The position numbers were made by a program, and so were the translations under genes. This document shows positions 1 to 10,274 of a stretch of DNA of 32,000 nt, in pieces. The DNA is from Moraxella nasovis. GTDB lineage: Bacteria > Pseudomonadota > Gammaproteobacteria > Pseudomonadales > Moraxellaceae. The notes beneath the pieces are model-generated. The model saw only the letters and a list, made by a program, of their open reading frames with translations. It had not been told where the DNA came from and ran no database searches. The DNA lies in NCBI RefSeq assembly GCF_022701215.1, contig NZ_CP089976.1:240001-272000 (forward strand). The letters are read 5' to 3'. Within the stretch, counting starts at the first letter, position 1, and each line of letters starts with the position of its first letter.

Positions 1-855
1 ATTCATCACTTTGATGACATCAAATTCTTGGCGACTACAACTAGGGCAAGCGATAAAATTCACGCCATTAGAGCGAATGCCCAATGATTTTAAAATATCA
101 AAGCCGATTTTAATCTCTTCTTCTGGGGCGGCAGCGAGCGATATTCGCATGGTGTCGCCAATGCCATCAAGCAAAAGCCCACCCAAGGCAATCGCACTTT
201 TGACCGTGCCTGTGCGATACACGCCAGCTTCTGTTACCCCCAAATGCAAGGGGTTGTCAATTTGGGCAGAGATGAGTCGATATGCGTCCAAAGTCAAAAA
301 GACATTACTGGCTTTGACAGAGATTTTATAATTTTGAAAATCCAGTTTTTCTAAAATATCAATATGACGCATGGCAGATTCTAGCATTGCTTCGCCTGTT
401 GGCTCGCCATATTTTTTTTGTAGATCTTTTTCTAGTGAGCCTGCGTTCACGCCAATGCGAATGGGGATATTGTGGTACTTGGCACAGGCGACCACTTCAC
501 GCACTTTGGCGTCATTGCCAATATTGCCAGGATTGATACGCAAACAGTCCGCCCCTGCATCAGCTGCCGCCAAGGCGATTTTGTGGTCAAAATGAATGTC
601 GGCGATGAGCGGAATATTCACCAGTTTTTTGATGTCAGCAAAAGCCTGCACGCTCTCCATCGTCGGTGTGGACACACGCATAAGATCCGCCCCTGCATCT
701 ACGCAACGCTGTATTTGGGCGACAGTCGCTGCCACATCACAGGTATCTGTATTGGTCATACTTTGCACGCTGATGGGCGCATCACCACCGATGGCGACAG
801 AGCCTACATGGATTTTGCGAGTAAGACGGCGTTTGATGGGACTGTGATTTGACAT
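1..855 (-). CDS. ispG: 4-hydroxy-3-methylbut-2-enyl diphosphate synthase IspG/GcpE, N-terminal 285 codons (3' end lies beyond the left edge)
   Basis: Not in the ORF track because it runs off the window. The reverse complement from ATG 855-853 reads [64 protein letters not shown]... and stays open to position 1. This is the typical IspG N-terminus. A GGAAGAG SD lies just upstream. The gene sits in the conserved ndk-rlmN-...-ispG neighbourhood. Confidence 0.9.
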   Translation of the reverse strand, partial: MSNHSPIKRRLTRKIHVGSVAIGGDAPISVQSMTNTDTCDVAATVAQIQRCVDAGADLMRVSTPTMESVQAFADIKKLVNIPLIADIHFDHKIALAAADAGADCLRINPGNIGNDAKVREVVACAKYHNIPIRIGVNAGSLEKDLQKKYGEPTGEAMLESAMRHIDILEKLDFQNYKISVKASNVFLTLDAYRLISAQIDNPLHLGVTEAGVYRTGTVKSAIALGGLLLDGIGDTMRISLAAAPEEEIKIGFDILKSLGIRSNGVNFIACPSCSRQEFDVIKVMN

Positions 856-883
856 ATCTCTTCCAAAATGTGTTTAAAGATTA

Positions 884-1492
884 TTAATCTGGATCATGGC
901 TCATCAAGTGTGTCAGCTGCTCACGAACTTGTGGGTTTGTGCTGCCTGCCTGTATCGCCTTGGTAAAAGCCTGCTTAGCACCTGATTGATCACCCAGCTT
1001 TTGTAAGGTAAATCCAAGATTTTCTAGACTTTGGATACGTCCCACATAGCCTAGACTTGCAGCTGCTACACCAAAATAATGCACCGCTTCATGCTCACGC
1101 CCCATGCGTGCCAAGTAGACGCCATAGTTATTAAACGCTTGCATAAATTTGCCATCTAAATCGATAGCCTTACGAAAATAACCGTCTGCCTTTTGAAGGT
1201 TTATCGCACTACTTTCTGTCTGCAACAAGACACCCATCATATCATAAGCGGGCGCATATAAAGTGTCAGCAAGAAACGCCTTATCGAGCTGTCGCTTTGC
1301 TTCATCAAGCCGACCATCAGTGATATGCTGGGCAGCCAAGGCGGTACGAATGCGTGCAAGTTCAGTGTTTTTATCACTATTTAGCATCAAAATTTCGTCA
1401 ATCTGATTGCCGCCATCTGGCATACTGTGGCACGCAGATAATAGGACTGTGACCGCTAAAATAAGCCCAAGCTTAAAATATTGCACTCGCAT
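884..1492 (-). CDS. pilF: TPR lipoprotein, type IV pilus biogenesis/stability protein PilF/PilW-like
   Basis: Signal peptide with lipobox LLSAC, followed by TPR-like repeats. It occupies the slot between rlmN and ispG, as pilF does in Pseudomonas. Confidence 0.7.
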   Translation of the reverse strand: MRVQYFKLGLILAVTVLLSACHSMPDGGNQIDEILMLNSDKNTELARIRTALAAQHITDGRLDEAKRQLDKAFLADTLYAPAYDMMGVLLQTESSAINLQKADGYFRKAIDLDGKFMQAFNNYGVYLARMGREHEAVHYFGVAAASLGYVGRIQSLENLGFTLQKLGDQSGAKQAFTKAIQAGSTNPQVREQLTHLMSHDPD

Positions 1493-1554
1493 GATAAACC
1501 CATTCTAACAATTAATGGCTATTTTGCCAAACATTTCACACCATCAATTAAAAA

Positions 1555-2721
1555 TTAATCTTTTTGGCGACTTTGGATACTTTGTTGCCATTTTGCCGAA
1601 CGCCGTGTTTTATCCGCCACCTGACCAACAAGCTGTCCGCACGCCGCATCAATATCATCGCCACGAGTTTGGCGAATGGTACACACAAAACCTGCATTAT
1701 TTAAAATATTACTAAAGGCATGAATGCGATTGTTGCTTGACCGCTCGTAAGGGGCGTGCGGAAAGGGATTAAATGGTATCAGATTAATTTTACACGGCAA
1801 CTCTTTTAATAAATTAATAAGCTCATGAGCATGAACATCTGTATCATTGACGTCTTTTAGCATGACATATTCAATGGTAACGTGCTTTTTGTGGCGTGGG
1901 TTTTCATCATAGACATAGGCTTTAGCAGCTTGGATAAGCTCTGCCAAAGGGTATTTTTTGTTAATCGGTACAAGCTCGTTACGCAGCTTATCATTGGGGG
2001 CGTGCAGGCTGATGGCAAGTGCCACATCAATATCTTTGGCAAGCTCATACATTTTTGGCACAATGCCAGATGTTGAGAGCGTTACACGGCGTTTTGATAG
2101 ACCAAATGCGTGATCATCAAGCATTAAAGACATACTGGCAACCACAGGCTTATAATTTAATAAAGGCTCGCCCATGCCCATCATCACCACATTGGTTACT
2201 CGGTTTTCACGCTTGGCTGGGGCAACATCTTCCATATAAGATTGGTTTGCCACCCACAGCTGACCGATGATTTCGCTGGCGGACAAATCTCGCTCAAACC
2301 CTTGCTTACCTGTACTACAAAACGAACAATCCAATGCACAGCCCACTTGTGATGAAATACACAAGGTTTTTCGTCCAAATTGTTTATTATCATCAGCAGG
2401 AATAAGTACCGTTTCTACAAGTGAACCGCCAGCCACTTCAAACACCCATTTACGCGTACCGTCATCGCTAAATTGTTTAAATTTAACCTTAGGCGGCGTG
2501 ATGCACGCTACTGTTTCTAATTTTTCTTGCAAATTTTTAGACAAATTGGTCATCTGATAAAAATCAGTTACCCCAAATTGATAAATCCATTTCATCACTT
2601 GGGTGGCTCGAAATGGCTTTTCGTTAAGGTTTTTAAAAAACTCAGTAAGCTCGTTTTTGCTCATACCAAGCAGGTTGGTTTTATCGGTGCTATCTTGTGC
2701 ATATACAGGGATTTTATTCAT
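1555..2721 (-). CDS. rlmN: 23S rRNA/tRNA adenine-C2 methyltransferase RlmN (radical SAM)
   Basis: 388 aa with the radical-SAM CALDCSFC motif, MGMGEPLLN, and C-terminal DIDAACGQL. Lies downstream of ndk. Confidence 0.93.
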   Translation of the reverse strand: MNKIPVYAQDSTDKTNLLGMSKNELTEFFKNLNEKPFRATQVMKWIYQFGVTDFYQMTNLSKNLQEKLETVACITPPKVKFKQFSDDGTRKWVFEVAGGSLVETVLIPADDNKQFGRKTLCISSQVGCALDCSFCSTGKQGFERDLSASEIIGQLWVANQSYMEDVAPAKRENRVTNVVMMGMGEPLLNYKPVVASMSLMLDDHAFGLSKRRVTLSTSGIVPKMYELAKDIDVALAISLHAPNDKLRNELVPINKKYPLAELIQAAKAYVYDENPRHKKHVTIEYVMLKDVNDTDVHAHELINLLKELPCKINLIPFNPFPHAPYERSSNNRIHAFSNILNNAGFVCTIRQTRGDDIDAACGQLVGQVADKTRRSAKWQQSIQSRQKD

Positions 2722-2906
2722 AATGGCGGCTAAGATAAATCGGTGGACTTAGTTAAAGGGCAGCTAAACGATTCATTATATAAAATTTTTGGCAAAAAGT
2801 CATGATAACTGCATTAATTAGCTAAAAATTTACAAATAAAAACGACCACTAAAACAGCGATCGTTTTTATTAATTTTATTAATGTCTGCTAAGATTTAGC
2901 AAGCGA

Positions 2907-3338
2907 TTAACGCGTGCGTGGGCAGATTTCGTCATCGCTAAAGAAATAAGCGATTTCACGCTCAGCAGATGTTGTGCTGTCTGAACCGTGAGCAGCGTTC
3001 TCATCAATGCTGGTTGCAAAATCAGCACGGATAGTGCCAGCTGCCGCTTCTTTAGGGTTGGTAGCACCTAGAATATCACGGTGTGCTAATACTGCATTTT
3101 CGCCCTCTAGTACAGACACCACCACAGGACCTGAAGTCATAAATGATACTAAATCACCAAAGAAACCACGCTCTTTATGCTCTGCATAAAAACCTTCAGC
3201 GTCTGCTTGAGATAGATGCTTCATTTTAGTTGCGATAATTTTTAGACCGTTTTTCTCAAAGCGAGAGAAAATTTCACCGATGTGGTTAGCACCAACTGCA
3301 TCAGGTTTTACGATAGATAAAGTACGTTCGATAGCCAT
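2907..3338 (-). CDS. ndk: nucleoside diphosphate kinase
   Basis: [15 protein letters not shown]...NAAHGSDS is canonical Ndk, 143 aa. Confidence 0.95.
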   Translation of the reverse strand: MAIERTLSIVKPDAVGANHIGEIFSRFEKNGLKIIATKMKHLSQADAEGFYAEHKERGFFGDLVSFMTSGPVVVSVLEGENAVLAHRDILGATNPKEAAAGTIRADFATSIDENAAHGSDSTTSAEREIAYFFSDDEICPRTR

Positions 3339-3512
3339 GATTTTTTCCTTAAATTAGGTTGATATGAAATTTTGTTTCACAACAAAACTTTTCTATCATA
3401 GCATTTTTTTACTAAATTCTCAAAAAGTATTTATAAATTTATCCTAACAAATTCATCATAAATTTTGGTATAATAAAAGGCTTATTCATCAGATTTAACA
3501 AGAGACTATCCT

Positions 3513-4604
3513 ATGGGTTTTAATTGCGGTATCGTAGGCCTACCAAATGTGGGTAAATCCACCCTATTTAATGCACTTACTAAAGCAGGTATTGCCGCCG
3601 AAAACTTCCCCTTTTGTACCAAAGACCCCAACACAGGCATCGTACCTGTACCAGACCCCCGTTTAAAGGCATTGGCAAAAATCGTCAATCCTGAGCGAGT
3701 GTTGCCAACCACCATGGAATTTGTGGATATTGCAGGGCTTGTGGCAGGTGCTTCTAAGGGCGAAGGCATGGGCAACCAATTTCTTGCCAATATCCGTGAA
3801 ACAGATGCCATCGCCCACGTCGTGCGGTGCTTTGATGATGATAACGTCATTCATGTAGACGGTCGTGTCAATCCTTTATCCGACATTGAGACCATCAACA
3901 CCGAGCTTGCCCTTGCCGACCTAGAAGCGGTTACTCGTGCCATCACCAACAACGCCAAAAAAGCCAAAGGCGGTGATAAGGACGCACAAGCGATTTTGGC
4001 AGTATTCCAAAAAATTGAGCCATATTTGGCAGATGGTAAACCTGCTCGCATGGCAAATCTTGATGACGATGAGAAAAAACTCATCAAAAGCTATGGCCTT
4101 ATCACCCTAAAACCAGTCATGTACATCGCCAACGTCGCAGAAGACGGCTTTGAAAACAACCCTTATTTAGATAAAGTGCGTGAATTTGCCGAATCAGACA
4201 ACGCCATTGTCGTGCCTTTGTGCAATCAAATAGAAGCAGAAATTGCCCAATTAGACGAAGACGAAAAGGCAGAGTTTTTAGAGGGCATGGGCATGAGTGA
4301 AGCTGGACTTGACCGTGTCATCAGAGCAGGTTACGAGCTGTTAAACCTACAAACCTACTTCACCGCAGGCGTAAAAGAAGTGCGTGCGTGGACTGTGCCT
4401 GTTGGGGCGACTGCACCACAAGCAGCAGGAGTTATTCATACCGACTTTGAACGTGGTTTTATCCGTGCCGAGGTGATTAGCTATGATGACTTTATCGCTC
4501 ATGATGGCGAAAAAGGGGCTGCTGCCGCTGGCAAATCTCGCCTAGAAGGCAAAACCTATGTCGTCCAAGATGGCGATGTGATGCATTTTCGCTTTAACGT
4601 GTGA
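3513..4604 (+). CDS. ychF: ribosome-binding/redox-regulated ATPase YchF
   Basis: P-loop [18 protein letters not shown], 363 aa, C-terminal TGS-like ...[10 protein letters not shown]. Confidence 0.95.
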   Translation: MGFNCGIVGLPNVGKSTLFNALTKAGIAAENFPFCTKDPNTGIVPVPDPRLKALAKIVNPERVLPTTMEFVDIAGLVAGASKGEGMGNQFLANIRETDAIAHVVRCFDDDNVIHVDGRVNPLSDIETINTELALADLEAVTRAITNNAKKAKGGDKDAQAILAVFQKIEPYLADGKPARMANLDDDEKKLIKSYGLITLKPVMYIANVAEDGFENNPYLDKVREFAESDNAIVVPLCNQIEAEIAQLDEDEKAEFLEGMGMSEAGLDRVIRAGYELLNLQTYFTAGVKEVRAWTVPVGATAPQAAGVIHTDFERGFIRAEVISYDDFIAHDGEKGAAAAGKSRLEGKTYVVQDGDVMHFRFNV

Positions 4605-4712
4605 TTGAATGCTTACACTTTAAGTGACTTAAGTGACATCTGATATTTAATTTACATTTTGTCAAAAATGATTTATCATATCATCTTATTTTTTTTAAAA
4701 AAGGTTATCACC

Positions 4713-5177
4713 ATGAAAAAATTACTGTTAAGCACCCTAGTTGCAAGCTTAGCCCTGACTGCTTGCCATAAGGCAGAGCAAAAAACAGAAGAAGTTGTGG
4801 ATACAACAAGAACTGCTGTAGTCGATACTCAGACCACCCAAGAAGTCCAGACAACCCAACCAGTCCAAGAAACCCATGACCATGACGACCATGATCATGA
4901 CGGCACTCAACACAACATGGGCGAGCTGTATCAGTGTGGCGACATTCCTGCCAATATCGCTGAGCATAACCACGAAGGCAAGCGCGAGGCTCATCTGACA
5001 TTAGATGAGATTACTTATGATTTGGATGCAGATGCTCAATCACCTAATCGCTACATCTCAGATGATGATAGCATTGCCAACGACAATAAAGGCATGATTC
5101 TTGATTTGAGTGACAATACTGCTAAAATCACCTCACTTGATGGCAAGCCATTACTTGACTGCGTTAGACAGCAATAA
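4713..5177 (+). CDS. lipoprotein with T/Q-rich linker, His/Asp-rich tract and a two-cysteine C-terminal domain (tentatively MliC/PliC-like fold)
   Basis: The internal ATG at 4713 gives MKKLLLSTLVASLALTAC (lipobox LTAC). The longer ORF-track start at 4659 would bury the signal peptide. HDHDDHDHDGTQHN is encoded at about 4875-4916. The pattern YQCGD...NRY...LLDC resembles the MliC family layout. Confidence 0.6.
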   Translation: MKKLLLSTLVASLALTACHKAEQKTEEVVDTTRTAVVDTQTTQEVQTTQPVQETHDHDDHDHDGTQHNMGELYQCGDIPANIAEHNHEGKREAHLTLDEITYDLDADAQSPNRYISDDDSIANDNKGMILDLSDNTAKITSLDGKPLLDCVRQQ

Positions 5178-5315
5178 TCTAAGCAACTAATTAGTATCAC
5201 ATCAAAAAATACTATTATGGCGGACTTTTTAGTTCGCCATAATTCTAAGAATTTTTTTAATTATAAACACTTCGCATTGATAGACCAATTAATAACCAAA
5301 AAAAAGAGAGTGTTC

Positions 5316-6032
5316 ATGAGTGCAAGTACAATGGTCAAACCCACCGCCCGAGAGCAAAAAAAACTTCAAACACGCCAAGCATTTTTTAATGCGGTGCTTG
5401 ATTTATGTATGACAGGTCAAGGATATAGCTCCATCAGCCTACGCCAAGTCACACGAGAAGTCGGTGTGGTGCCAACTGCCTTTTATCGTCATTTTGATGA
5501 TATGGAAAGTCTTGGTAAAGCTTTGGTAGAAGATGAGCTTGGCGAGGCTTTATCGGTACTTCGTGAGCATATGCAACTGGGTAAAAAACGCAGTTTTGAA
5601 CGCCAAATCGCCAAATCTGTACAGCTGTTTTTTAAGGCGGTAGACGCACAGCCACGTTATTGGCAATTCATCGCCTCAGAGCGTTTTGGTGGGTCTTGGG
5701 CGGTACGTAATGCCATCAGTCAGCAGATTCATTTTTTTGCCAAAATCATGGCAGACGACCTTGCCTTGCAACCTGCCTTTGAGCATATTGGCAGTGATGA
5801 CCGTTATTTGCTCGCTGAAATTGGTGTCAATCTGTCATTTTCTTGGATTATTGATTGGCTTGAACTCACCTACACGCCTAATCTAGACGATGAAGAGTTT
5901 GAGCAATTCCCCCAAAAAGATCTAGAAAAACAAAAGCAAGACATGCTACATCGCTGTACAAGACAAATGCAAATACTGATGTATGGGGCTTATAATTGGA
6001 AATCTAGTGAAGAAACTTTGCTTGATGATTAA
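5316..6032 (+). CDS. fabR: TetR-family regulator, FabR-like (unsaturated fatty acid biosynthesis repressor type)
   Basis: ISLRQVTREVGVVPTAFYRHFDDMESLG and C-terminal MYGAYNW resemble E. coli FabR as I remember it ([28 protein letters not shown] ... KGAYYW). The ATG at 5316 has an AAGAGAG SD. The ORF-track start at 5217 is probably too long. Confidence 0.7.
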   Translation: MSASTMVKPTAREQKKLQTRQAFFNAVLDLCMTGQGYSSISLRQVTREVGVVPTAFYRHFDDMESLGKALVEDELGEALSVLREHMQLGKKRSFERQIAKSVQLFFKAVDAQPRYWQFIASERFGGSWAVRNAISQQIHFFAKIMADDLALQPAFEHIGSDDRYLLAEIGVNLSFSWIIDWLELTYTPNLDDEEFEQFPQKDLEKQKQDMLHRCTRQMQILMYGAYNWKSSEETLLDD

Positions 6033-6068
6033 ATACCAGCTACCCAAACATCATCAGACACCCTAAAG

Positions 6069-6088
6069 CCTTGCTGTATTAAGCAGGG
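6069..6088 (+). terminator. weak hairpin after fabR (CCTTGCT-GTATTA-AGCAGGG, then TTCTT)
   Basis: 7-bp stem including one G-U pair, with a short interrupted T run. Confidence 0.35.
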
Positions 6089-6674
6089 TTCTTAGTAACG
6101 CTCCCATCGCTGGACATGCGTATAAGATATTTGATAAGTAGCTCAGGGCTAATATCAGATTGCTATGCTGCCGCACCAAGCATATTGCGACTAACGTTTC
6201 AACTTTACTTTGTTTAGTGTTATTTTACCATCTGAATCTCCCAGCTGTTTAGCACAATTACTGTAGGTACTTTTTTATTTTTGATGCTTAAACTTTCTTA
6301 CCATCGTAACCTGCTAACATCCCAAATATTATTATACATACTTCATTCCAAGGTTTTTTGGTCAAATTTATTTTAAATATATTAAATAAAATGAGCAGCT
6401 GTTATTGTTGCAATTTTTTACAGTTTTGTGGCAAATGCAGCTTAACGAGGATAATTATATAAAATAACTGAGTGGCATTTACTAAATATGGCTTATTATA
6501 ATAAAGTGTGGCAATCTAAGGCTTCTAGCAAGACATCTAAATTAACACTTTTATATTTGCAAAATGATGATAAATACGGACACTAAAATAAAATTTATCC
6601 ATATCTTAGTGGTGAAGTAGATGATGAATTTATGTTGATTTATGTTAAAATGCTTATTTTATTGTAGTGAAACC

Positions 6675-7511
6675 ATGACCTATCATTTTCCACCAAAAAC
6701 AGTCATAAATAACAAGCATGTACTACGTGTCATTTCCTTGAATGTAAATGGGCTAAGAGCCGCTACTAAAAAGGGTCTATTAAACTGGCTAGCAATAAGT
6801 GATGCTGACGTAATCTGCATGCAAGAGACACGGATTCAACAGCACCAGTGGACGGATGATTTTAAACCTGACGGCTGGCACTGCCATCTCTTTCCCGCCC
6901 AAAAAGCAGGCTATGCAGGCACAGCAATCTATAGCCGATTACCATTTATACCGACAGATGGATTGGGCTTTGAGCTTGCAGATAGCCAAGGTCGGTTTAC
7001 TTGTGGCAAGTTTGACTTTAGTCAATTTGGACTTGCCAAGCCTGTGCATATCGCCTCACTTTATCTGCCTAGTGGTTCATCAGGCGATGAAGCCCAAGCA
7101 CGCAAAGATTTATTTTTAGAAGAATATAAAGCCATCTTAAAACGTTGGCGAGATGAAGACCGCTCAGTCATCATCTGTGGCGACTATAATATCGTCCATA
7201 AACGCATTGACATCAAAAACTGGTCAGGCAACCAAAAAGCATCAGGCTGCCTACCCCATGAACGAGCATGGCTTGATCATATTTACGATGAGCTTGGGTA
7301 TGTGGATACATTTCGCACGGCACGCCAAGACAGCGAACTGTATTCATGGTGGTCTAATCGTGGGCAAGCACGAGCAAAGAATGTCGGCTGGCGGATTGAC
7401 TATCACGCCTGTAGCCCAGACTGGAAAGCACGCACATTAGGAGCATGGGTGTATCGTGATGAATGGTTTAGTGACCATGCACCAGTAGCGGTAGATTATG
7501 CACTTGAGTAA
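6675..7511 (+). CDS. xthA: exodeoxyribonuclease III
   Basis: SLNVNGLRAA, ICMQETR, GDYNIVH and SDHAPV motifs of the EEP/ExoIII family. Start is either 6675 or 6642 and neither has a good SD. There are about 17 extra N-terminal residues relative to typical ExoIII. Confidence 0.88.
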   Translation: MTYHFPPKTVINNKHVLRVISLNVNGLRAATKKGLLNWLAISDADVICMQETRIQQHQWTDDFKPDGWHCHLFPAQKAGYAGTAIYSRLPFIPTDGLGFELADSQGRFTCGKFDFSQFGLAKPVHIASLYLPSGSSGDEAQARKDLFLEEYKAILKRWRDEDRSVIICGDYNIVHKRIDIKNWSGNQKASGCLPHERAWLDHIYDELGYVDTFRTARQDSELYSWWSNRGQARAKNVGWRIDYHACSPDWKARTLGAWVYRDEWFSDHAPVAVDYALE

Positions 7512-7559
7512 AATTTATCCCAACTGACACATTTTATTGATAAAATAATCATCATACCC

Positions 7560-7589
7560 TTGATAAATACCATTTTAACTGGTTATAAT
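7560..7589 (+). promoter_or_regulatory. candidate sigma70 promoter of the peroxiredoxin gene
   Basis: TTGATA (7560-7565), 18-nt spacer, TATAAT (7584-7589), about 48 nt upstream of the ATG. Confidence 0.4.
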
Positions 7590-7637
7590 AAGTAAGATTT
7601 ATTTTTTTAACTCATAATTCACTAAAAGGAGCTGTCT

Positions 7638-8387
7638 ATGAGCTTTAAGGACATGACAGGACAAAAGGTCCCTAGCGTTACTTTTCACACTCGCCAAGGC
7701 GATGCTTGGGTAGATGTGACTACCGACGATCTATTTAAAGGCAAAAAAGTCGTTCTATTCTCACTGCCTGGTGCGTTTACTCCTACCTGCTCATCCACAC
7801 ATTTACCACGTTATAACGAGCTTTGTAACGAATTTAAGAAATGTGGTGTTGATGACATCATTTGCGTATCTGTTAATGATACCTTTGTAATGAACGCATG
7901 GAAAGCTGACCAAGAATGCCAAAACATTACTGTTATCCCTGATGGTAATGGTGAATTTACAGAAGGTATGGGTCGCTTAGTTGGTAAAGAAAACCTAGGC
8001 TTTGGCAAGCGTTCATGGCGTTATTCCATGCTGGTTGAAGACGGTATTATTACAAAAATCTTCGATGAACCACAAAAAGACGGTGACCCCTTTGAAGTAT
8101 CTGATGCTGAGACCATGCTAAAGCACCTAGACCCAAGCTGGGAAGTCAAACCATCTGTAACTCTTTTCACTAAGCCTGGCTGCGTGCACTGTGCCAAAGC
8201 CAAGCAAACGCTTGATGAGCGTGGCTTAGCTTATGAAGAAATCGTATTAGGTCGCGATGCGTCTATGACATCAGTGCGTGCCATTACTGGACTTGAAACT
8301 ACACCGCAGATTTTCATCGGTGGCAAACACATCGGTGGCAATGATGAGTTTCAAGAATACCTAAAAAGCAATGATTGCACAATCTAA
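7638..8387 (+). CDS. hybrid peroxiredoxin (Prx5-type) fused to glutaredoxin (PGdx type)
   Basis: N-terminal FTPTCSSTHLP Prx5 motif. C-terminal Grx domain TKPGCVHCAKAK...TTPQIFIGGKHIGGNDE. Same architecture as Haemophilus influenzae PGdx. AAGGAG SD. Confidence 0.9.
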   Translation: MSFKDMTGQKVPSVTFHTRQGDAWVDVTTDDLFKGKKVVLFSLPGAFTPTCSSTHLPRYNELCNEFKKCGVDDIICVSVNDTFVMNAWKADQECQNITVIPDGNGEFTEGMGRLVGKENLGFGKRSWRYSMLVEDGIITKIFDEPQKDGDPFEVSDAETMLKHLDPSWEVKPSVTLFTKPGCVHCAKAKQTLDERGLAYEEIVLGRDASMTSVRAITGLETTPQIFIGGKHIGGNDEFQEYLKSNDCTI

Positions 8388-8406
8388 CACCTGCGTACGA
8401 TTGATA

Positions 8407-8436
8407 AAAAGACGGTTTTATGCCGTCTTTTTTTTA
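8407..8436 (+). terminator. rho-independent terminator after the peroxiredoxin gene
   Basis: AAGACGG-loop-CCGTCTT followed by T8. Confidence 0.8.
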
Positions 8437-8524
8437 TGTAAATACCCCAACCCTAATCTGCAAGTACCACAACTTATGCTATACTAAAAATAATACATTA
8501 AAGAGCATCTTAAAGGAACATCTT

Positions 8525-10201
8525 ATGACTCACCTAACCGACGCACAAATCGCCAAAAACGCCATGGCAGACATTCTTCCCATCGGCAAGATTGCCCAAA
8601 AACTTGGTCTATCTGCTGATGACATTGAACAATACGGCAAATACAAAGCCAAAATTGATCCCAAATCTACATTTACCAAATCCAATAAAAACGGTAAATT
8701 AATACTTGTTACTGCCATTAATCCAACACCTGCAGGCGAAGGTAAAACCACCCTATCCATCGGTCTGGCAGATGCTTTAGCCCACATCGGCGAAAATGTC
8801 GCCCTTGCACTGCGTGAACCATCGCTTGGACCTGTCTTTGGCATCAAAGGTGGTGCAGCAGGTGGTGGTCTATCTCAAGTACTGCCAATGGAAGATATCA
8901 ATTTACATTTTACAGGTGATTTTCATGCCATCACAAGCAGTGTCAATCTGCTTGCTGCATTAATTGACAACCACATTTATCAAGGCAATGAGCTTGATAT
9001 CAATCCCAAAAAAGTTGTCTGGCGACGTGCCTTAGATATGAACGACCGCCAACTGCGAAATATAATAGGCGGCATGGGTAAGCCTACCGATGGCGTGATA
9101 CGCCCTGATGGCTTTGACATCACAGTGGCAAGTGAAGTCATGGCGGTGTTTTGTCTTGCCAAAGACTTAGACGATTTAAAGCACCGTTTAGGTGAGATGA
9201 TTGTTGCTTATCGCTTTGATAATACTCCTGTTTTTGCCAAAGACCTGCACGCCCATGGAGCGATGGCTGCTCTGTTAAAAGAAGCCATCAAGCCTAATTT
9301 AGTACAAACCATTGAAGGCACGCCTACTCTTATTCATGGTGGTCCTTTTGCCAATATTGCTCACGGCTGTAATTCAGTCATAGCGACACGCACTGCCCTA
9401 AATTTAGCAGATTTTGTGGTTACTGAAGCTGGGTTTGGAGCAGATTTGGGAGCGGAGAAATTTTGCGACATCAAATGCCGTTTGGCAAACTTACGCCCTG
9501 ATGCGGTGGTCATTGTCACAACGGTGCGAGCTTTAAAATACAATGGCGGTGTCGCCAAAGACGAATTAAAAAGTGAAAATTTAGACGCTCTACAAAAAGG
9601 CTTACCAAATTTATTAAAACATATTGATAATATTCAAACTGTCTTTGGCTTGCCGTGCGTGGTAGCGATTAACGCTTTCGTGTCAGATACTACTGATGAA
9701 ATTGAGCTGATTAAAAAAGCGTGCCAAGATAAAGGGGTAGATGTCTCAGTTGCCAAAGTGTGGGAGCAAGGCGGCACAGGTGGCATAGACTTAGCCAAAA
9801 AAGTAGTGGCATTAACCCAAAGCGAGAATAAATTTCGTTTTGCCTATGACACTGACCAAAGCATTGAAGATAAAATCACAGCCATCGCCCAAAAAATTTA
9901 TGGAGCGGACGGTGTGAAATTTAGTAATGATGCCAAGGCTGATATGCGTAAAATACAAAAATTAGGGCTTGATAAGCTGCCTATTTGCATGGCAAAAACG
10001 CAATATTCACTCTCAGATAACCCCAAGCTTTTAGGGCGACCGTCAGGCTTTGATATTCACATCAAAAACATCACCATCTCAAACGGAGCAGGTTTTTTGG
10101 TAGCGTTGTGTGGTGAGATGATGAAAATGCCGGGTCTGCCAAAAGTGCCGTCCGCCAATCATATTGATGTGGTAGATGGGGATATTATTGGGCTGTTTTG
10201 A
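8525..10201 (+). CDS. fhs: formate--tetrahydrofolate ligase
   Basis: [11 protein letters not shown]-loop, 558 aa from ATG 8525 (AAGGA SD). The ORF-track start at 8420 overlaps the upstream terminator and is unlikely. Confidence 0.93.
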   Translation: MTHLTDAQIAKNAMADILPIGKIAQKLGLSADDIEQYGKYKAKIDPKSTFTKSNKNGKLILVTAINPTPAGEGKTTLSIGLADALAHIGENVALALREPSLGPVFGIKGGAAGGGLSQVLPMEDINLHFTGDFHAITSSVNLLAALIDNHIYQGNELDINPKKVVWRRALDMNDRQLRNIIGGMGKPTDGVIRPDGFDITVASEVMAVFCLAKDLDDLKHRLGEMIVAYRFDNTPVFAKDLHAHGAMAALLKEAIKPNLVQTIEGTPTLIHGGPFANIAHGCNSVIATRTALNLADFVVTEAGFGADLGAEKFCDIKCRLANLRPDAVVIVTTVRALKYNGGVAKDELKSENLDALQKGLPNLLKHIDNIQTVFGLPCVVAINAFVSDTTDEIELIKKACQDKGVDVSVAKVWEQGGTGGIDLAKKVVALTQSENKFRFAYDTDQSIEDKITAIAQKIYGADGVKFSNDAKADMRKIQKLGLDKLPICMAKTQYSLSDNPKLLGRPSGFDIHIKNITISNGAGFLVALCGEMMKMPGLPKVPSANHIDVVDGDIIGLF

Positions 10202-10225
10202 TGAATCAAAAGCACCTGCCAAATA

Positions 10226-10258
10226 AAAAATCGCAAAGATGACCACTTTGCGATTTTT
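10226..10258. terminator. bidirectional terminator shared by fhs and the convergent small membrane gene
   Basis: TCGCAAAG (10231-10238) pairs with CTTTGCGA (10246-10253), flanked by A5 and T5. Confidence 0.8.
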
Positions 10259-10274
10259 AAGGTTAATATATTGA

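Noticed and set aside
472-852. Long ORFs antisense to well-supported genes: 472-852(+) and 596-847(+) in ispG, 3506-3850(-) in ychF, 14547-14906(+) in ybeZ, 17701-18150(+) in lysC, 20997-21470(+) in the NSS gene, 24521-24907(+) across lpxD/bamA, and 25157-25489(+) in bamA.
   Set aside because: Each lies fully inside or opposite a gene with strong family motifs. None has an SD, and their composition is skewed in the way expected of mirror frames. I treat them as shadow ORFs.
4875-4916. CATGAC/CATGAT repeats encoding HDHDDHDHD, considered as a possible slipped-strand phase-variation tract.
   Set aside because: The hexamers are imperfect and interrupted, any slippage would be in frame, and there is no homopolymer or perfect short tandem repeat of the kind used for phase variation.
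6589-7520. A 12-bp direct repeat TAAAATTTATCC flanks xthA at 6589-6600 and 7509-7520, which could mark target-site duplication or a mobile cassette.
   Set aside because: A/T-rich 12-mers are expected to recur by chance many times in a 32-kb AT-biased window. There are no inverted repeats, no recombinase and no compositional break.
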